A stretch of 64,000 nucleotides of DNA from an uncultured Candidatus Rokubacteria bacterium (GCA_963762145.1 CAVXJS010000021.1:1162671-1226670); one strand, 5' to 3'; counted from the stretch's first letter, positions 23,680 to 32,913 are shown. Notes: generated from the sequence alone by a model not told the origin. Made by a program: numbers and translations.

Positions 23680-23761
23680 GCAACGGGTTCCGCTACACCG
23701 GCTAACCCGCGAGGGCTTCCAGACCCTACAGCGACTCCCAAGCCAGGGCTGGCAAATCCGC

Positions 23762-23793
23762 TTGACCTTGCCCCATGGGACAGGGTTTAGGCT
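23762..23793 (+). promoter_or_regulatory. MerR-type long-spacer promoter with dyad operator
   Basis: TTGACC, 19-20 bp spacer, TAGGCT; dyad ACCTTGCCCCATGGGACAGGGT; ATG 6 nt after the -10 (leaderless). Confidence 0.8.
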
Positions 23794-23799
23794 GCTCCC

Positions 23800-24306
23800 A
23801 TGGCACGAGACGGCCTCCTGATCGGTGAGGTAGCGGGGAAGAGCGGAGTTAGTCGCAAGGCGCTCCGTCTGTACGAAAAGGCCGGCATTCTGCCGCCCCC
23901 TCGGCGCACCGGGTCGGGCTATCGGATGTATGGCCCGGAGACGCTGGGCCTACTCGGGTTCGTCACGCAAGCGCGCCGGCTCGGCTTCCGACTCGAGGAA
24001 ATCAAGCGCATCGTTGTGCTCAAGCGGTCGGGCCGAACGCCCTGTAAGCACGTCTTAGACCTCGTTCAGCTAAAGCTGAACAACATCGACCAAGCGCTCA
24101 CGGACCTGGCAGAAGTCCGGGGGCAGCTTCGCGGGCTGCTCCGGTCCTGGCAGTCCCGCCGACACCGTTTTGCCGCTGTCTGTCCCTGTATCGAGCATCT
24201 AACCATCGTGAAGGGAAGGGAGGTGAACCAGAATGGAAAATCGCAAGGTGTCGCTGTGCCCAACCGGGTGTGGTCAGTGCCCAGACGTGGAGATGGCCGG
24301 CGATGA
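23800..24306 (+). CDS. MerR-family heavy-metal-responsive regulator
   Basis: IGEVA..SGVSRKALRLYE, GYRMY, GFRLEEI, Cys in PCKHV and CPCIE. Confidence 0.9.
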   Translation: MARDGLLIGEVAGKSGVSRKALRLYEKAGILPPPRRTGSGYRMYGPETLGLLGFVTQARRLGFRLEEIKRIVVLKRSGRTPCKHVLDLVQLKLNNIDQALTDLAEVRGQLRGLLRSWQSRRHRFAAVCPCIEHLTIVKGREVNQNGKSQGVAVPNRVWSVPRRGDGRR

Positions 24307-24508
24307 GGTGCGGATCGGCGAAGCAGGGAACCTCGCCGTCCTCAAGAAGGACGAATGGAACCTGCTCGTTGATCTGATTCAGTCCGGTCAGTTGACGAAG
24401 GTCTCGCGGTCCCAAGGAGTGTGGGCCCGCACGAGTGGCAGGGGGAGCGATCCTCACCACTCGTGTTGCCTGCCTTTCGGATTCAACCTAAACGACGCTA
24501 CCTCGTAG
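24233..24508 (+). CDS. Small Cys-rich putative metal-binding protein
   Basis: RBS GGAGG; LCPTGCGQCPDV...IGEAGN..LKKDEWN.LV. Confidence 0.65.
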   Translation: MENRKVSLCPTGCGQCPDVEMAGDEVRIGEAGNLAVLKKDEWNLLVDLIQSGQLTKVSRSQGVWARTSGRGSDPHHSCCLPFGFNLNDATS

Positions 24509-25238
24509 CGCACACCTCAGCCGCGGTCACGCGAGGGTCCTTGCATCGTGCGTTTCGCGTCGTGCGCAGTATGACAGCCTCACGGAACCCAGCCTCGCGG
24601 AACTCGCTCAGGAAGGTCACGCCTTCCTTGGCTCCGGCTACTCAGGCAAACCACTCTGCTTCGGTGAAATGGTCTGGTTTCGATACAGCTTCTTCTAAGA
24701 CTAACTCCGCGACGTAGACGTGTCCCCCCGGCCGTACGACCCGCGCGAGTTCTCGGAAGATGTCCGCGCGAGCGGGATTCAAGTTGAAGATGCCGTTCAC
24801 GAGCGCCACGTCTACCGAGGCGTCGTCTAACGGTAGTCGTTCGGCGTCACCCTGGTAGAAGGTCACTACATCGACGCCAGCCTCAGCGGCAGCGTGTCGG
24901 GCACGGGTGAGCATCGCCTCGCTAAAGTCGATACTGGTGACTCGGCCGGTGGGACCTACACGTCTCGCCAAGATGAGGCTGTCGAGTCCCGCCCCGCATC
25001 CGAGGTCGAGAATTTGAGCATCGGTAGGGATCGGTGCGGACAGAGCTAAGGTCGAAACTCCCGCGAACGCCTCGACGGCCACGAGGGGCAGCGCGTCGAG
25101 CAGGTCGGCGGGGTAACCCAACCGCTCGGCCAACACTCGACCTACGGGGAAGGCGTGCTTCTGCGCGGGCCGTTCAGCGGCAGCAGAATAGGCGTTATGG
25201 ACTGCGTTCCTGAGTTGTACTGAATCGTGGTTTGGCAT
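24498..25238 (-). CDS. ArsM-like SAM methyltransferase, predicted selenoprotein (UGA at 24642-24644)
   Basis: LDLGCGAGLD, NGIFNL; after WFA-TGA the frame continues VAGAKEG..FREAGF to TAG 24498; hairpin follows the UGA. Confidence 0.8.
24610..24628 (-). promoter_or_regulatory. Putative bacterial SECIS hairpin
   Basis: AGGAAGG-CGUGA-CCUUCCU; loop starts 20 nt after the UGA, G at loop position 2. Confidence 0.7.
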
Positions 25239-25533
25239 GGGCCGGCACCCCCACGAGATGGTTAGTCGTATCGGAGGTGACTATAGCTCCAGCCATATCT
25301 GATCGCAAATGCCTATAGTCGAGTGCGTGGCTACGGCTTGTACCGAACCAGGTCAATCCAGAACGTGTCCGGTTGCGTGTAGCATATCCAGCCCCCGCAA
25401 CCAATAAATGAGCGGTTAGCCAGGATCGGCTGACTCCTCCTCGTTTCTGTCCGTGTTACTGTCCGCGATCAGAATGAAACAGGAAGAATGGCAGGTCATC
25501 GCTAGAGAGGCCTGGCCGGTCCGGACTCGCCCC

Positions 25534-25977
25534 TCAGCGGGCGGGCGGCCCGGCCGCCGGAGGCATGCGCACACGCCACCACATGTTCAGCACGAAGAGA
25601 GCGGTTCCGGCAAGCTGGCCGAGCCCACCCAGCGCGATGAGCCACCGCAGGCCGAGCGCTCCCGCCAGCGCCACGCTGATCTCGGCCGCGGCGCGCAGTG
25701 CCGTCGAGATCGCCATCACCCAGTAGACAGCCTCCGCCAGCTCGGGCCGGTAGCGCGTGTCGTCGCGCGCGGGGCGCGGGAACATCCAGGTGGCGACGCC
25801 CATGACCATCATCAGCATGAAACCGACGAGCAGCAGGTGGGCGTGAGCCGTGATGAGCAGGCGGGGCGGATACGCGTCGAGGACGAATTGGCCGACCACG
25901 ATGTAGGCCCCGATGAGGAGCCCTGCGAGTAGGAAGACGAAGCTGGTCTTGATGTATCGCCGGATCAGCGGGGTCAT
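25534..25977 (-). CDS. 4-TM membrane protein (heme-copper oxidase subunit I-like fragment family)
   Basis: HAHLLLVGFMLMMVMGVATWMFPR motif. Confidence 0.7.
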   Translation of the reverse strand: MTPLIRRYIKTSFVFLLAGLLIGAYIVVGQFVLDAYPPRLLITAHAHLLLVGFMLMMVMGVATWMFPRPARDDTRYRPELAEAVYWVMAISTALRAAAEISVALAGALGLRWLIALGGLGQLAGTALFVLNMWWRVRMPPAAGPPAR

Positions 25978-26681
25978 CCTTCGTCGGCCTCGCCCTCGGC
26001 TATCGCGCTGAGCCCTGCCCAGTCCGTAAGGACGAGCCGGCCGCCGTCATCATCGAGGACGCCGTCCCGGACCCAGCGACTCATGGTCCGAATGGCGGTC
26101 TCCACCGTGGTGCCGGTCATGTCGGCCAGGCTTTGCCGGGTGAGGTGAAACGGCAGCGTCACGCCCTTGTCGCCCCACGCCCCTTCGCGCTTCGCGAGCC
26201 GCAGCAGGGCCGCGGCCAGGCGTGCCTCGACCGGATCCACCGCGAGGGAGGCGACCGAGTCGTGGGCGGCCCGGAGCCGCCGGCCGATCATGAGCGCCAT
26301 CTCCTTGATGAAGGCGGGATGCCGCTCGGCGAGCGCAATCACAGGATCGGCCGGGATCTTCAGCACCACCGTGGCCTCGGTGGCCTGAGCGGAGGCGGGA
26401 TAGGGGCGCTTCTCGATCACGGCCACGCCGCCGAAGATCTCGCCCGGCCCCAGAAGCTCGAGGACCACGTCCTTCCCCGTCCTGGAATGCCTCACGATCT
26501 TCACGTGGCCCGATCTCACCAGGTAGAGCCAGCGCGCGGCATCGCCTTCCATGAAGATCTCGCCGCGGGATCGATGCGCCTCCTCCCGTGCGACTCGCGC
26601 GAGGGACTCGAGCTCGCGCGCCGGAATACCGGCGAACACCGGGTTCCCACCCAGGAACGCGACGATCTCCTCGGGGGACAT
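25974..26681 (-). CDS. Crp/Fnr-family regulator (Dnr/HcpR-like, no Fe-S Cys cluster)
   Basis: cNMP-like beta-roll (GEIFGG), HTH LTRQSLADMTGTTVETAIR; extended -10 TGcTATCCT 7 nt before the ATG. Confidence 0.92.
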   Translation of the reverse strand: MSPEEIVAFLGGNPVFAGIPARELESLARVAREEAHRSRGEIFMEGDAARWLYLVRSGHVKIVRHSRTGKDVVLELLGPGEIFGGVAVIEKRPYPASAQATEATVVLKIPADPVIALAERHPAFIKEMALMIGRRLRAAHDSVASLAVDPVEARLAAALLRLAKREGAWGDKGVTLPFHLTRQSLADMTGTTVETAIRTMSRWVRDGVLDDDGGRLVLTDWAGLSAIAEGEADEG

Positions 26682-26797
26682 CGGCGGCAGGATAGCACGA
26701 GGCCTGTCGCGAGATTGCCCCTGGAGATGCGGCGCCGGCGCCTCAGGCGACCGTGCACGGGTGCCTCCAACTGCATGAATTCGCGACGATCCCGTGC

Positions 26798-26813
26798 TGG
26801 CACCTCGCGTGCA
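26798..26813 (+). promoter_or_regulatory. sigma-54 promoter
   Basis: TGGCACCTCGCGTGCA. Confidence 0.7.
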
Positions 26814-26840
26814 CAAAGCACAAGCCAGGGAGGACGAGTG

Positions 26841-27320
26841 ATGCGACGGATCGCGGGGCTGCTGTTCCTGGGACTCATGACTGCAATGCCGGACGGGGCG
26901 GGCGCTACCCCACCGATCATCGATGGCCCCACGGTTCTGGAGCGGTCGCCCGCCGCGATCCAGGCGTCCCTGGGTGAGCCCGTCCGCACCAAGACCGTGC
27001 CCCCGGGAGACTTCCGCCTGCCCGACGGCGGCATGGCCCGCGTCTACACCGGGCGCGGGACGCAGATCGATGTCGACTTCGTGGGGGAGCGGAGCACCAC
27101 GGTGGTCATTGCATTTCCCGACGCCACCGTCGCACCCAGGACCTACGAGGCCGCGCTCGAAGCAGTCAATCTCCGCCCCGGTCCGCCACCCGACGTGGTC
27201 ACCCGAGACAGCCGGGAATGGCACGGTCTCGGGGGTTACTACTTCGTGCGGGTGATCGCCGCGTACCCGGCGCTCGACCACATCGACGCGATCATCTTGA
27301 GTATCCACCCGCTCCCCTAG
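26841..27320 (+). CDS. Exported hypothetical protein
   Basis: RBS GGAGG; signal-peptide-like MRRIAGLLFLGLMTA..AGA. Confidence 0.65.
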   Translation: MRRIAGLLFLGLMTAMPDGAGATPPIIDGPTVLERSPAAIQASLGEPVRTKTVPPGDFRLPDGGMARVYTGRGTQIDVDFVGERSTTVVIAFPDATVAPRTYEAALEAVNLRPGPPPDVVTRDSREWHGLGGYYFVRVIAAYPALDHIDAIILSIHPLP

Positions 27321-27336
27321 ACCGTCGGTCCGCCGA

Positions 27337-27354
27337 CTATGACCCCTGTCATAG
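27337..27354. promoter_or_regulatory. Crp/Fnr-type operator
   Basis: CTATGAC-CCCT-GTCATAG, centred at -41.5 relative to the start predicted from -10 TAGCGT (27375-27380). Confidence 0.75.
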
Positions 27355-27398
27355 GACGCCCCGTCCGGCCGCGGTAGCGTGAGGCGAGGAGGAATGAC

Positions 27399-27650
27399 AT
27401 GACACACGAATGCAGTTGCCGTCACGAAGTGCCGATCGCCCCAGGACAGCCCCTCCCGCCCGTCCGCCCCGAGCAGACCGTCGCGGACATCGCGCAGCAT
27501 CGGGTCGGGGGGCTCGAGACGATGAAAGAGATGGGGATCAATCACTGCTGTGGGGCCCACCTCACCCTGCAGGAAGCGGCCGCGGCGGCGGGCGTGCCCC
27601 TCGACGCGTTGCTCGCGGCGCTCAACGAGCGGTCCAAGGCACCCGCATGA
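27399..27650 (+). CDS. Stand-alone DUF542 (ScdA/RIC N-terminal) domain protein
   Basis: MGINHCCGAHLTLQEAAAAAGVPLDALLAALN. Confidence 0.8.
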   Translation: MTHECSCRHEVPIAPGQPLPPVRPEQTVADIAQHRVGGLETMKEMGINHCCGAHLTLQEAAAAAGVPLDALLAALNERSKAPA

Positions 27651-28162
27651 TGCCGGGCGACATCCCCGTGTCGCAAGTGCACCTCGACGTGCGGGAGGAC
27701 ATCCGCCGGGGTCACGAGCCGCTCGCGCGCATCATGGCCGCAGTCAAGGCGCTCGCCGACGACGAGGCGCTGGTGCTCCGCGCCCCGTTCGAGCCGATCC
27801 CGCTCTACGACGTACTCGGCAGGCGCGGCTTCGCCCACCGCGCGGAGCATCGCGCGCCCGACGACTGGTCAGTCACCTTCTACCGGGGCGCCGCCGCGCT
27901 GCGCCCCGAGCCGGCGCCGGTACCCGCGACACCGGCACGCCGTCGCACAGTGCTGGATGTCCGGGGCCTCGAGCCACCGCAGCCGATGCTGCGGGTGCTC
28001 CAGGAGATCGACCGACTCGGCCCGTCTGCCGAGCTGGAGGTGCGTCACGATCGTCGCCCCGTCTTCCTCTATCCCCAGCTCGAGGAGCGTGGTCTCGTCC
28101 ACGAGACCGACGAGCCTGAGCCGGGACTGGTGCGCATCCTCATCCGGAGGGACGCGGGGTGA
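27647..28162 (+). CDS. Tandem DUF2249-domain protein
   Basis: LDVREDIRRGHEPL..APFEPIPLY; LDVRGLEPPQPM..HDRRPVFLYPQL. Confidence 0.85.
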   Translation: MMPGDIPVSQVHLDVREDIRRGHEPLARIMAAVKALADDEALVLRAPFEPIPLYDVLGRRGFAHRAEHRAPDDWSVTFYRGAAALRPEPAPVPATPARRRTVLDVRGLEPPQPMLRVLQEIDRLGPSAELEVRHDRRPVFLYPQLEERGLVHETDEPEPGLVRILIRRDAG

Positions 28163-29457
28163 GCCAGCCGCAGCCGCGTCCCGCGAGCGGCGTCTCACCG
28201 GTGGTCCCCCTCGCCTATCTGGTCTGTGCCGCGATCGCATTCCTCGCGGCCGCGCCAGGCGTCGCGTGGCTCGCGCCCGAGCTGGGGGGCCACTACTACC
28301 ATCCGCGGCTGCTCGCTCTCACCCACACCGTCACGCTGGGGTGGATCACGCTCGCGATCATGGGCGCCAGCTACCAGATCATCCCGATCGTGCTCGAGCG
28401 CGAGATCTGGAGCGAGCGGCTCGCGCGCTGGCAGCTCGCCATCCTCGCCGTAGCGGTGACGGGCATGGTCGCGCATTTCCAGCTCGGCACCTGGCCCGGG
28501 TTGACCGCGGCCGCGGGTCTGCTGGCCATCGGCATCACGATCCATCTGCTCAATGTCGGCATGAGCCTGCGGGGCTTCACCCGGTGGACGTTCACCGCCC
28601 GCCTCGTCGTCCTGGCCTACGGCGGGCTCGCGCTCACGACTCTCTTCGGTCTGGCGCTGTCGGTCAACCGCGTATGGCCGTTCCTCCCGGGCGAGACGTT
28701 TCCGACGTTACACGCCCACGTGCACCTGGCCCTCCTCGGCTGGGTGGCGCCGATGATCCTCGCGGTGGCCGCGCGCGTGTACCCGATGTTCTTCCTCGCC
28801 CCCGCGCCACGGCCCTGGCACTCCTTCGTGCAGCTCTGGGGGCTGACCGTCGGCGTGCCGGCGGTCGTGGTGGGCTTGCTCGCCGCGCCCGGCCTGCTCA
28901 TCCCGGGAGCGCTGGCCGTGGCCGCGACGGCGGCGGCGCACGCGGCCTGGATCGGCGAGATGGCCGGTGCACGGAAGCGGCCCGGCCTCGACTGGGGGCT
29001 CCGCTTCGTCCTCACCGCCACCGTGTTCCTTGCGCCGGCCGCGCTGCTCGGCGTGGCGATGGCGACGGATCGTCTTGCGGGGCCTCGCGTGGCGCTCGCC
29101 TACGCCGTCCTCATCCTCGGCGGGTGGGTCTCACTCACGATCGTCGGCATGATGCTCAAGATCGTCCCGTTCCTCGTCTGGTACCGCGTGTACAGTCCGC
29201 GGGCCGGCCGCGAGCCGGTGCCAACCCTCGCCCAGCTCTCCTGGCCGCGGGCTGAGGGCCTCGCCTATGGGCTCCTGACCGGCGGCGTCGTGTTGCTGGC
29301 CGCGACGGTCCTGGTGGGCGAAGTGGTCTGGATCCGCGCCGCGGGGACGATGCTGGCGCTGGGCGCGCTCGCCTTCGCGGCGGCGCTCGCGCGGGTTCTC
29401 GGATATCTGTCCATGCGCGCCCGGACATGGTCTCCGCATACGCGAAGGGTCGCGTAA
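28159..29457 (+). CDS. ~12-TM membrane protein of DUF2249 clusters (NnrS/HCO-like)
   Basis: HTVTLGW, HAHVHLALLGW, GMMLKIVPFLVWY. Confidence 0.75.
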   Translation: MSQPQPRPASGVSPVVPLAYLVCAAIAFLAAAPGVAWLAPELGGHYYHPRLLALTHTVTLGWITLAIMGASYQIIPIVLEREIWSERLARWQLAILAVAVTGMVAHFQLGTWPGLTAAAGLLAIGITIHLLNVGMSLRGFTRWTFTARLVVLAYGGLALTTLFGLALSVNRVWPFLPGETFPTLHAHVHLALLGWVAPMILAVAARVYPMFFLAPAPRPWHSFVQLWGLTVGVPAVVVGLLAAPGLLIPGALAVAATAAAHAAWIGEMAGARKRPGLDWGLRFVLTATVFLAPAALLGVAMATDRLAGPRVALAYAVLILGGWVSLTIVGMMLKIVPFLVWYRVYSPRAGREPVPTLAQLSWPRAEGLAYGLLTGGVVLLAATVLVGEVVWIRAAGTMLALGALAFAAALARVLGYLSMRARTWSPHTRRVA

Positions 29458-29460
29458 CGC

Positions 29461-29748
29461 ATGACGATCAGCTCCGCCTCGATCACGGAGGCCCTGCGCG
29501 CCGTCTTCGACCCCGAGCTCGGCAAGTCCATCGTCGAGCTGGGGCTGATCTACGGGATTGAGATCGAAGCCGGCCGGGTCCACATCACCATGACCCTGAC
29601 TGCTCAGGGGTGTCCCCTCCACGACTCGCTCGCCGAATGGGTCCGGCGGGCGATCCGCGAGATCCGCGGCGTGGACGATGTGGAGGTCACCGTGACCTTC
29701 GATCCACCCTGGACCCCGGATCGCATCGGCCGCGCCCAGATCCGTTAG
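29461..29748 (+). CDS. DUF59 metal-sulfur cluster assembly factor (SufT/PaaD-like)
   Basis: DPELGKSIVELGLIY, MTLTAQGCP, FDPPWT. Confidence 0.9.
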   Translation: MTISSASITEALRAVFDPELGKSIVELGLIYGIEIEAGRVHITMTLTAQGCPLHDSLAEWVRRAIREIRGVDDVEVTVTFDPPWTPDRIGRAQIR

Positions 29749-29810
29749 CCAGTCCGTGGGGCGCGGTCGTCCCAGGTGAGGCGTCGTCGCCCTTCTCGAG
29801 GGTAGCCCTC

Positions 29811-29826
29811 TATGACGGGCGTCATA
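29811..29826. promoter_or_regulatory. Second Crp/Fnr-type operator, upstream of nirK
   Basis: TATGAC-GGGC-GTCATA, same arms as 27338-27353. Confidence 0.75.
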
Positions 29827-29889
29827 CCGCGGGGCGAGTAACCAGGCGCATCTTCACGTTATAGGGCGGTCCGGCGGCAGCGTGGTTAC

Positions 29890-29905
29890 GGGCATCAGCG
29901 TTGCA
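29890..29905 (+). promoter_or_regulatory. sigma-54 promoter for nirK
   Basis: GGGCATCAGCGTTGCA (GG-N10-GC). Confidence 0.65.
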
Positions 29906-29948
29906 GACAGGTACAGACGACAGTCGAAGGTCCAAGGAGAGACGAGCC

Positions 29949-31013
29949 ATGAAACGAGGACTGGTGGTGACGGCGGGCGTGGTAGTGGTCGGGCTGCTGA
30001 TCGGCGGCGCGCAGCTCTGGCAGAGCCAGGCGCGGGCGAAGGTGACGGGGACCGCGGAGCTGCCGGAGGTGAAGGCGATCCTCACGTCGGCGCCGACGGT
30101 GCCGCCCCCGGTGGACCGGCCGGGCAACGCGAAGGTGATCGTGAGCCTCGAGACCACCGAGGTGAAAGGCACGCTGGCCGACGGCGTGCAGTACACGTTC
30201 TGGACGTTCGGCGGCACGGTGCCGGGGCCGTTCGTGCGCGTGCGCGTGGGCGACCTCGTGCAGATCCGGCTCAAGAACGCCGCGAAGAGCATGCACCCCC
30301 ATTCGATCGACCTGCACGCGGTGACCGGCCCGGGCGGCGGCGCGGCGGTCACCCAGCTCGGACCCGGCCAGGAAGGCGCCTTCGAGTTCAAAGCGCTGAA
30401 CCCCGGCCTCTACGTCTATCACTGCGCGACCCCGAGCGTGCCCGAGCACATCGCCAACGGCATGTACGGGCTGATCCTGGTGGAGCCCGAGAAGGGGCTG
30501 CCCCCCGTGGATCGCGAGTACTACGTCATGCAGGGCGAGTTCTACACGAAGGGGAAGACGCTGGCGCCCGGGCTCCAGGTGATCGACCGGGCCAAGCTGA
30601 CCGCGGAGCGGCCCGAGTATGTGGTCTTCAACGGCAAGATGGGGGCGCTCCTGGACGACGGCGCGGTCAAGGCCAATGTGGGCGAGACGGTACGGCTCTT
30701 CGTGGGCAACGGCGGCCCGAACCTGATCTCCTCCTTCCACGTGATCGGAGAGATCTTCGATACCGTCTACACGGAAGGCGCGGTGGGCGGTGGGACTCCG
30801 GCCAAGAACGTGCAGACCACGCTGATCCCGGCGGGCGGGGCCGCGATCGTCGAGATGACGGTGCAGGTGCCTGGGCGTTTCCTGCTCGTGGATCACAGCA
30901 TCGTCCGGGCGATGGAGAAGGGCGCGCTCGGGGTCCTGGAGGTCGCGGGCGCCGAGCAGCCCGGCATCTTCAAGACGCTGGTGCCGGGCACGCACGGGAC
31001 GGGCGGGCACTAG
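29949..31013 (+). CDS. nirK: Copper-containing nitrite reductase (AniA-like)
   Basis: [35 protein letters not shown]; N-terminal signal/TM segment. Confidence 0.95.
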   Translation: MKRGLVVTAGVVVVGLLIGGAQLWQSQARAKVTGTAELPEVKAILTSAPTVPPPVDRPGNAKVIVSLETTEVKGTLADGVQYTFWTFGGTVPGPFVRVRVGDLVQIRLKNAAKSMHPHSIDLHAVTGPGGGAAVTQLGPGQEGAFEFKALNPGLYVYHCATPSVPEHIANGMYGLILVEPEKGLPPVDREYYVMQGEFYTKGKTLAPGLQVIDRAKLTAERPEYVVFNGKMGALLDDGAVKANVGETVRLFVGNGGPNLISSFHVIGEIFDTVYTEGAVGGGTPAKNVQTTLIPAGGAAIVEMTVQVPGRFLLVDHSIVRAMEKGALGVLEVAGAEQPGIFKTLVPGTHGTGGH

Positions 31014-31030
31014 GCAGGCCACTCTCACCA

Positions 31031-31057
31031 CCCTCTCCCCCTGAACGGGGGAGAGGG
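31031..31057. repeat. GC-rich intergenic palindrome (REP-like hairpin)
   Basis: CCCTCTCCCCC-TGAAC-GGGGGAGAGGG. Confidence 0.65.
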
Positions 31058-31070
31058 TTCGCAGGAGGAG

Positions 31071-31481
31071 ATGATGGTGTCACCGCTCCCTCGCCGTGCC
31101 GTCATGATGGCCGTCAGCTTGGGATTCGTGTTGCTGGCGAGCGGCGCCTGGGCCCAGACTCCCTGGACGGCCCCCGATTCGGAGAAGAACAGGAAGAATC
31201 CAGTCGCGGCCGGCCCCAAGATGGTCGAGCAGGGCAAGAAGGTCGCGCAGGTCAACTGCGCCTCGTGCCACGGGAACACGGGCAAGGGCAACGGGCCCGC
31301 GGCGATGGCGCTCAGCCCCAAGCCCGCCGACTGGACCTCGAAGAAGGTTCAGGACGAAACGGATGGCGAGATCTTCTGGAAGATCACGACCGGCCGGGGC
31401 GCCATGCCGTCGTGGAAGCACCTGCCCGAGAACGACCGCTGGGCGCTGGTGCAGCACATCCGGTCGCTCAAGAAGTATTAA
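31071..31481 (+). CDS. Monoheme cytochrome c
   Basis: Signal peptide, CASCH, GAMP distal Met. Confidence 0.92.
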   Translation: MMVSPLPRRAVMMAVSLGFVLLASGAWAQTPWTAPDSEKNRKNPVAAGPKMVEQGKKVAQVNCASCHGNTGKGNGPAAMALSPKPADWTSKKVQDETDGEIFWKITTGRGAMPSWKHLPENDRWALVQHIRSLKKY

Positions 31482-31495
31482 GTAGGAGGTACAAC

Positions 31496-32800
31496 ATGAT
31501 CGCGACGCTCACGAGTTCCCCCGAGACCCTCATCGTCGACACCTTTCCCGCTCCGGGCGACGGGTGCCTGGGCTACCTCGTCGTCGACGAGGTCAGCCGC
31601 ACCGCCCTGGCGATCGACCCGCGTCTGGACCAGGTCGACCGATTCATCGAGGCGCTGGCCACCCGCGACGTGCGTCTGATCTATCTCCTCGACACCCACA
31701 CGCACGCCGACCACCTGTCGGGGGTGCGCCGACTGGCCCAGCGGACCGGCGCCACCGTGTTCACCCACGCGGCGTCGAAGCTCAAAGGGCCGGCGCGGCG
31801 GATCAAGGGCGGCGAGACTTTCGAGCTTGGTGCGAGGACGGTGGCCATCCTCGACGCCCCGGGCCACACGCCGGACTCCCTCGCCATCCTCGTGGATGGC
31901 CACTTGTTCACGGGAGATGCGCTCTTCGCGGGCGGTGCGGGCCGGACGGATTTCATGGGAGGCAGCTCCGGGGATCTGTTCGAAACGCTACGGGCGTTCG
32001 AAGGCCTGCCCGACGACACGGTGGTGCATCCCGGCCACGACTACGTAGGGCGGGCGATAACGACCATCGGCGAGGAGAAGGCCGGCAATCCTCTCCTCCA
32101 GGAGCGGGACCGTGTGGCCTTCATCGCCAGGCTCTCCACGAAGTCCGCGCCTCCCACCAACATGGCGGCCATCGTGCGCCACAATCTCGGGGAGGCCGCC
32201 GCCACGACGCTCACCGCCTGGGACCTCCAGTTCCTTCGCGACCAGGGCCGCGAGCCCCTGCTCCTCGACGTGCGGAGCCCGATCGAGTTCGAGAGCGAAC
32301 GTATCGATGGTGCCGTGAACCTGCCTCTGGATGCGCTCCCGGCACGCCTGGACGAGATCCCCGAGAGCGCAGACCTGGTCGTCATCTGCCGCACGGGAGT
32401 GCGGGCGACGATTGCGGCCGACACTCTGGTCCGGGCCGGCCGCCGGGCCCGCGTGCTCGACGGGGGGATGCACGCGTGGCGCCGCGCCCGCCTGCCACTG
32501 CGGGAAGGCCGCAAGCGCCTGCCTGTCGATCGTCAGGTTCAGCTGATCGCCGGCCTCATGGTGCTCACGGGTATCGCCCTCGGCATCACGGTGAACCCGT
32601 GGTTCCTGGCTCTCGCCGCCTTCTTCGGTGCGGGATTGACCTTCGCCGGGGCGACCGGCACCTGCGGCCTGGCGCTCCTGCTGATGAGGATGCCGTGGAA
32701 CGCGGTCCCGGCTCCCTCCATCGAGGGCCCCGGCGCGGTGTGCGCGGCGGCCGCGCCCGCCGGGCCGACCTGTGCCGCGGGGCCTCGCCCGGAAGAATGA
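31496..32800 (+). CDS. Persulfide dioxygenase (MBL fold)-rhodanese-DUF2892 fusion
   Basis: DTHTHADH, GHT, GRTDF, HPGHDY; rhodanese CRTGVRA; C-terminal YgaP-like 2-TM segment with GTCG. Confidence 0.85.
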   Translation: MIATLTSSPETLIVDTFPAPGDGCLGYLVVDEVSRTALAIDPRLDQVDRFIEALATRDVRLIYLLDTHTHADHLSGVRRLAQRTGATVFTHAASKLKGPARRIKGGETFELGARTVAILDAPGHTPDSLAILVDGHLFTGDALFAGGAGRTDFMGGSSGDLFETLRAFEGLPDDTVVHPGHDYVGRAITTIGEEKAGNPLLQERDRVAFIARLSTKSAPPTNMAAIVRHNLGEAAATTLTAWDLQFLRDQGREPLLLDVRSPIEFESERIDGAVNLPLDALPARLDEIPESADLVVICRTGVRATIAADTLVRAGRRARVLDGGMHAWRRARLPLREGRKRLPVDRQVQLIAGLMVLTGIALGITVNPWFLALAAFFGAGLTFAGATGTCGLALLLMRMPWNAVPAPSIEGPGAVCAAAAPAGPTCAAGPRPEE

Positions 32801-32913
32801 CATGCCCAGGAAGCCCGTCGGGGGGCTCGACTCTGCGACGCCGCTGGACCGATGACCGCTCGGGAGGTAGTGGTGGTGCCACCCTGGCGGCGAGGACGCT
32901 GTGCGCCGATGGG

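Noticed and set aside
23675-23681. GTTAGGC core after the DinB-like gene as a possible attC
   Set aside because: No matching RYYYAAC or L boxes upstream
29882-32800. 972-aa ORF
   Set aside because: The N-terminal ~540 aa is an off-frame shadow of nirK and cytochrome c; the real gene starts at 31496 after AGGAGG
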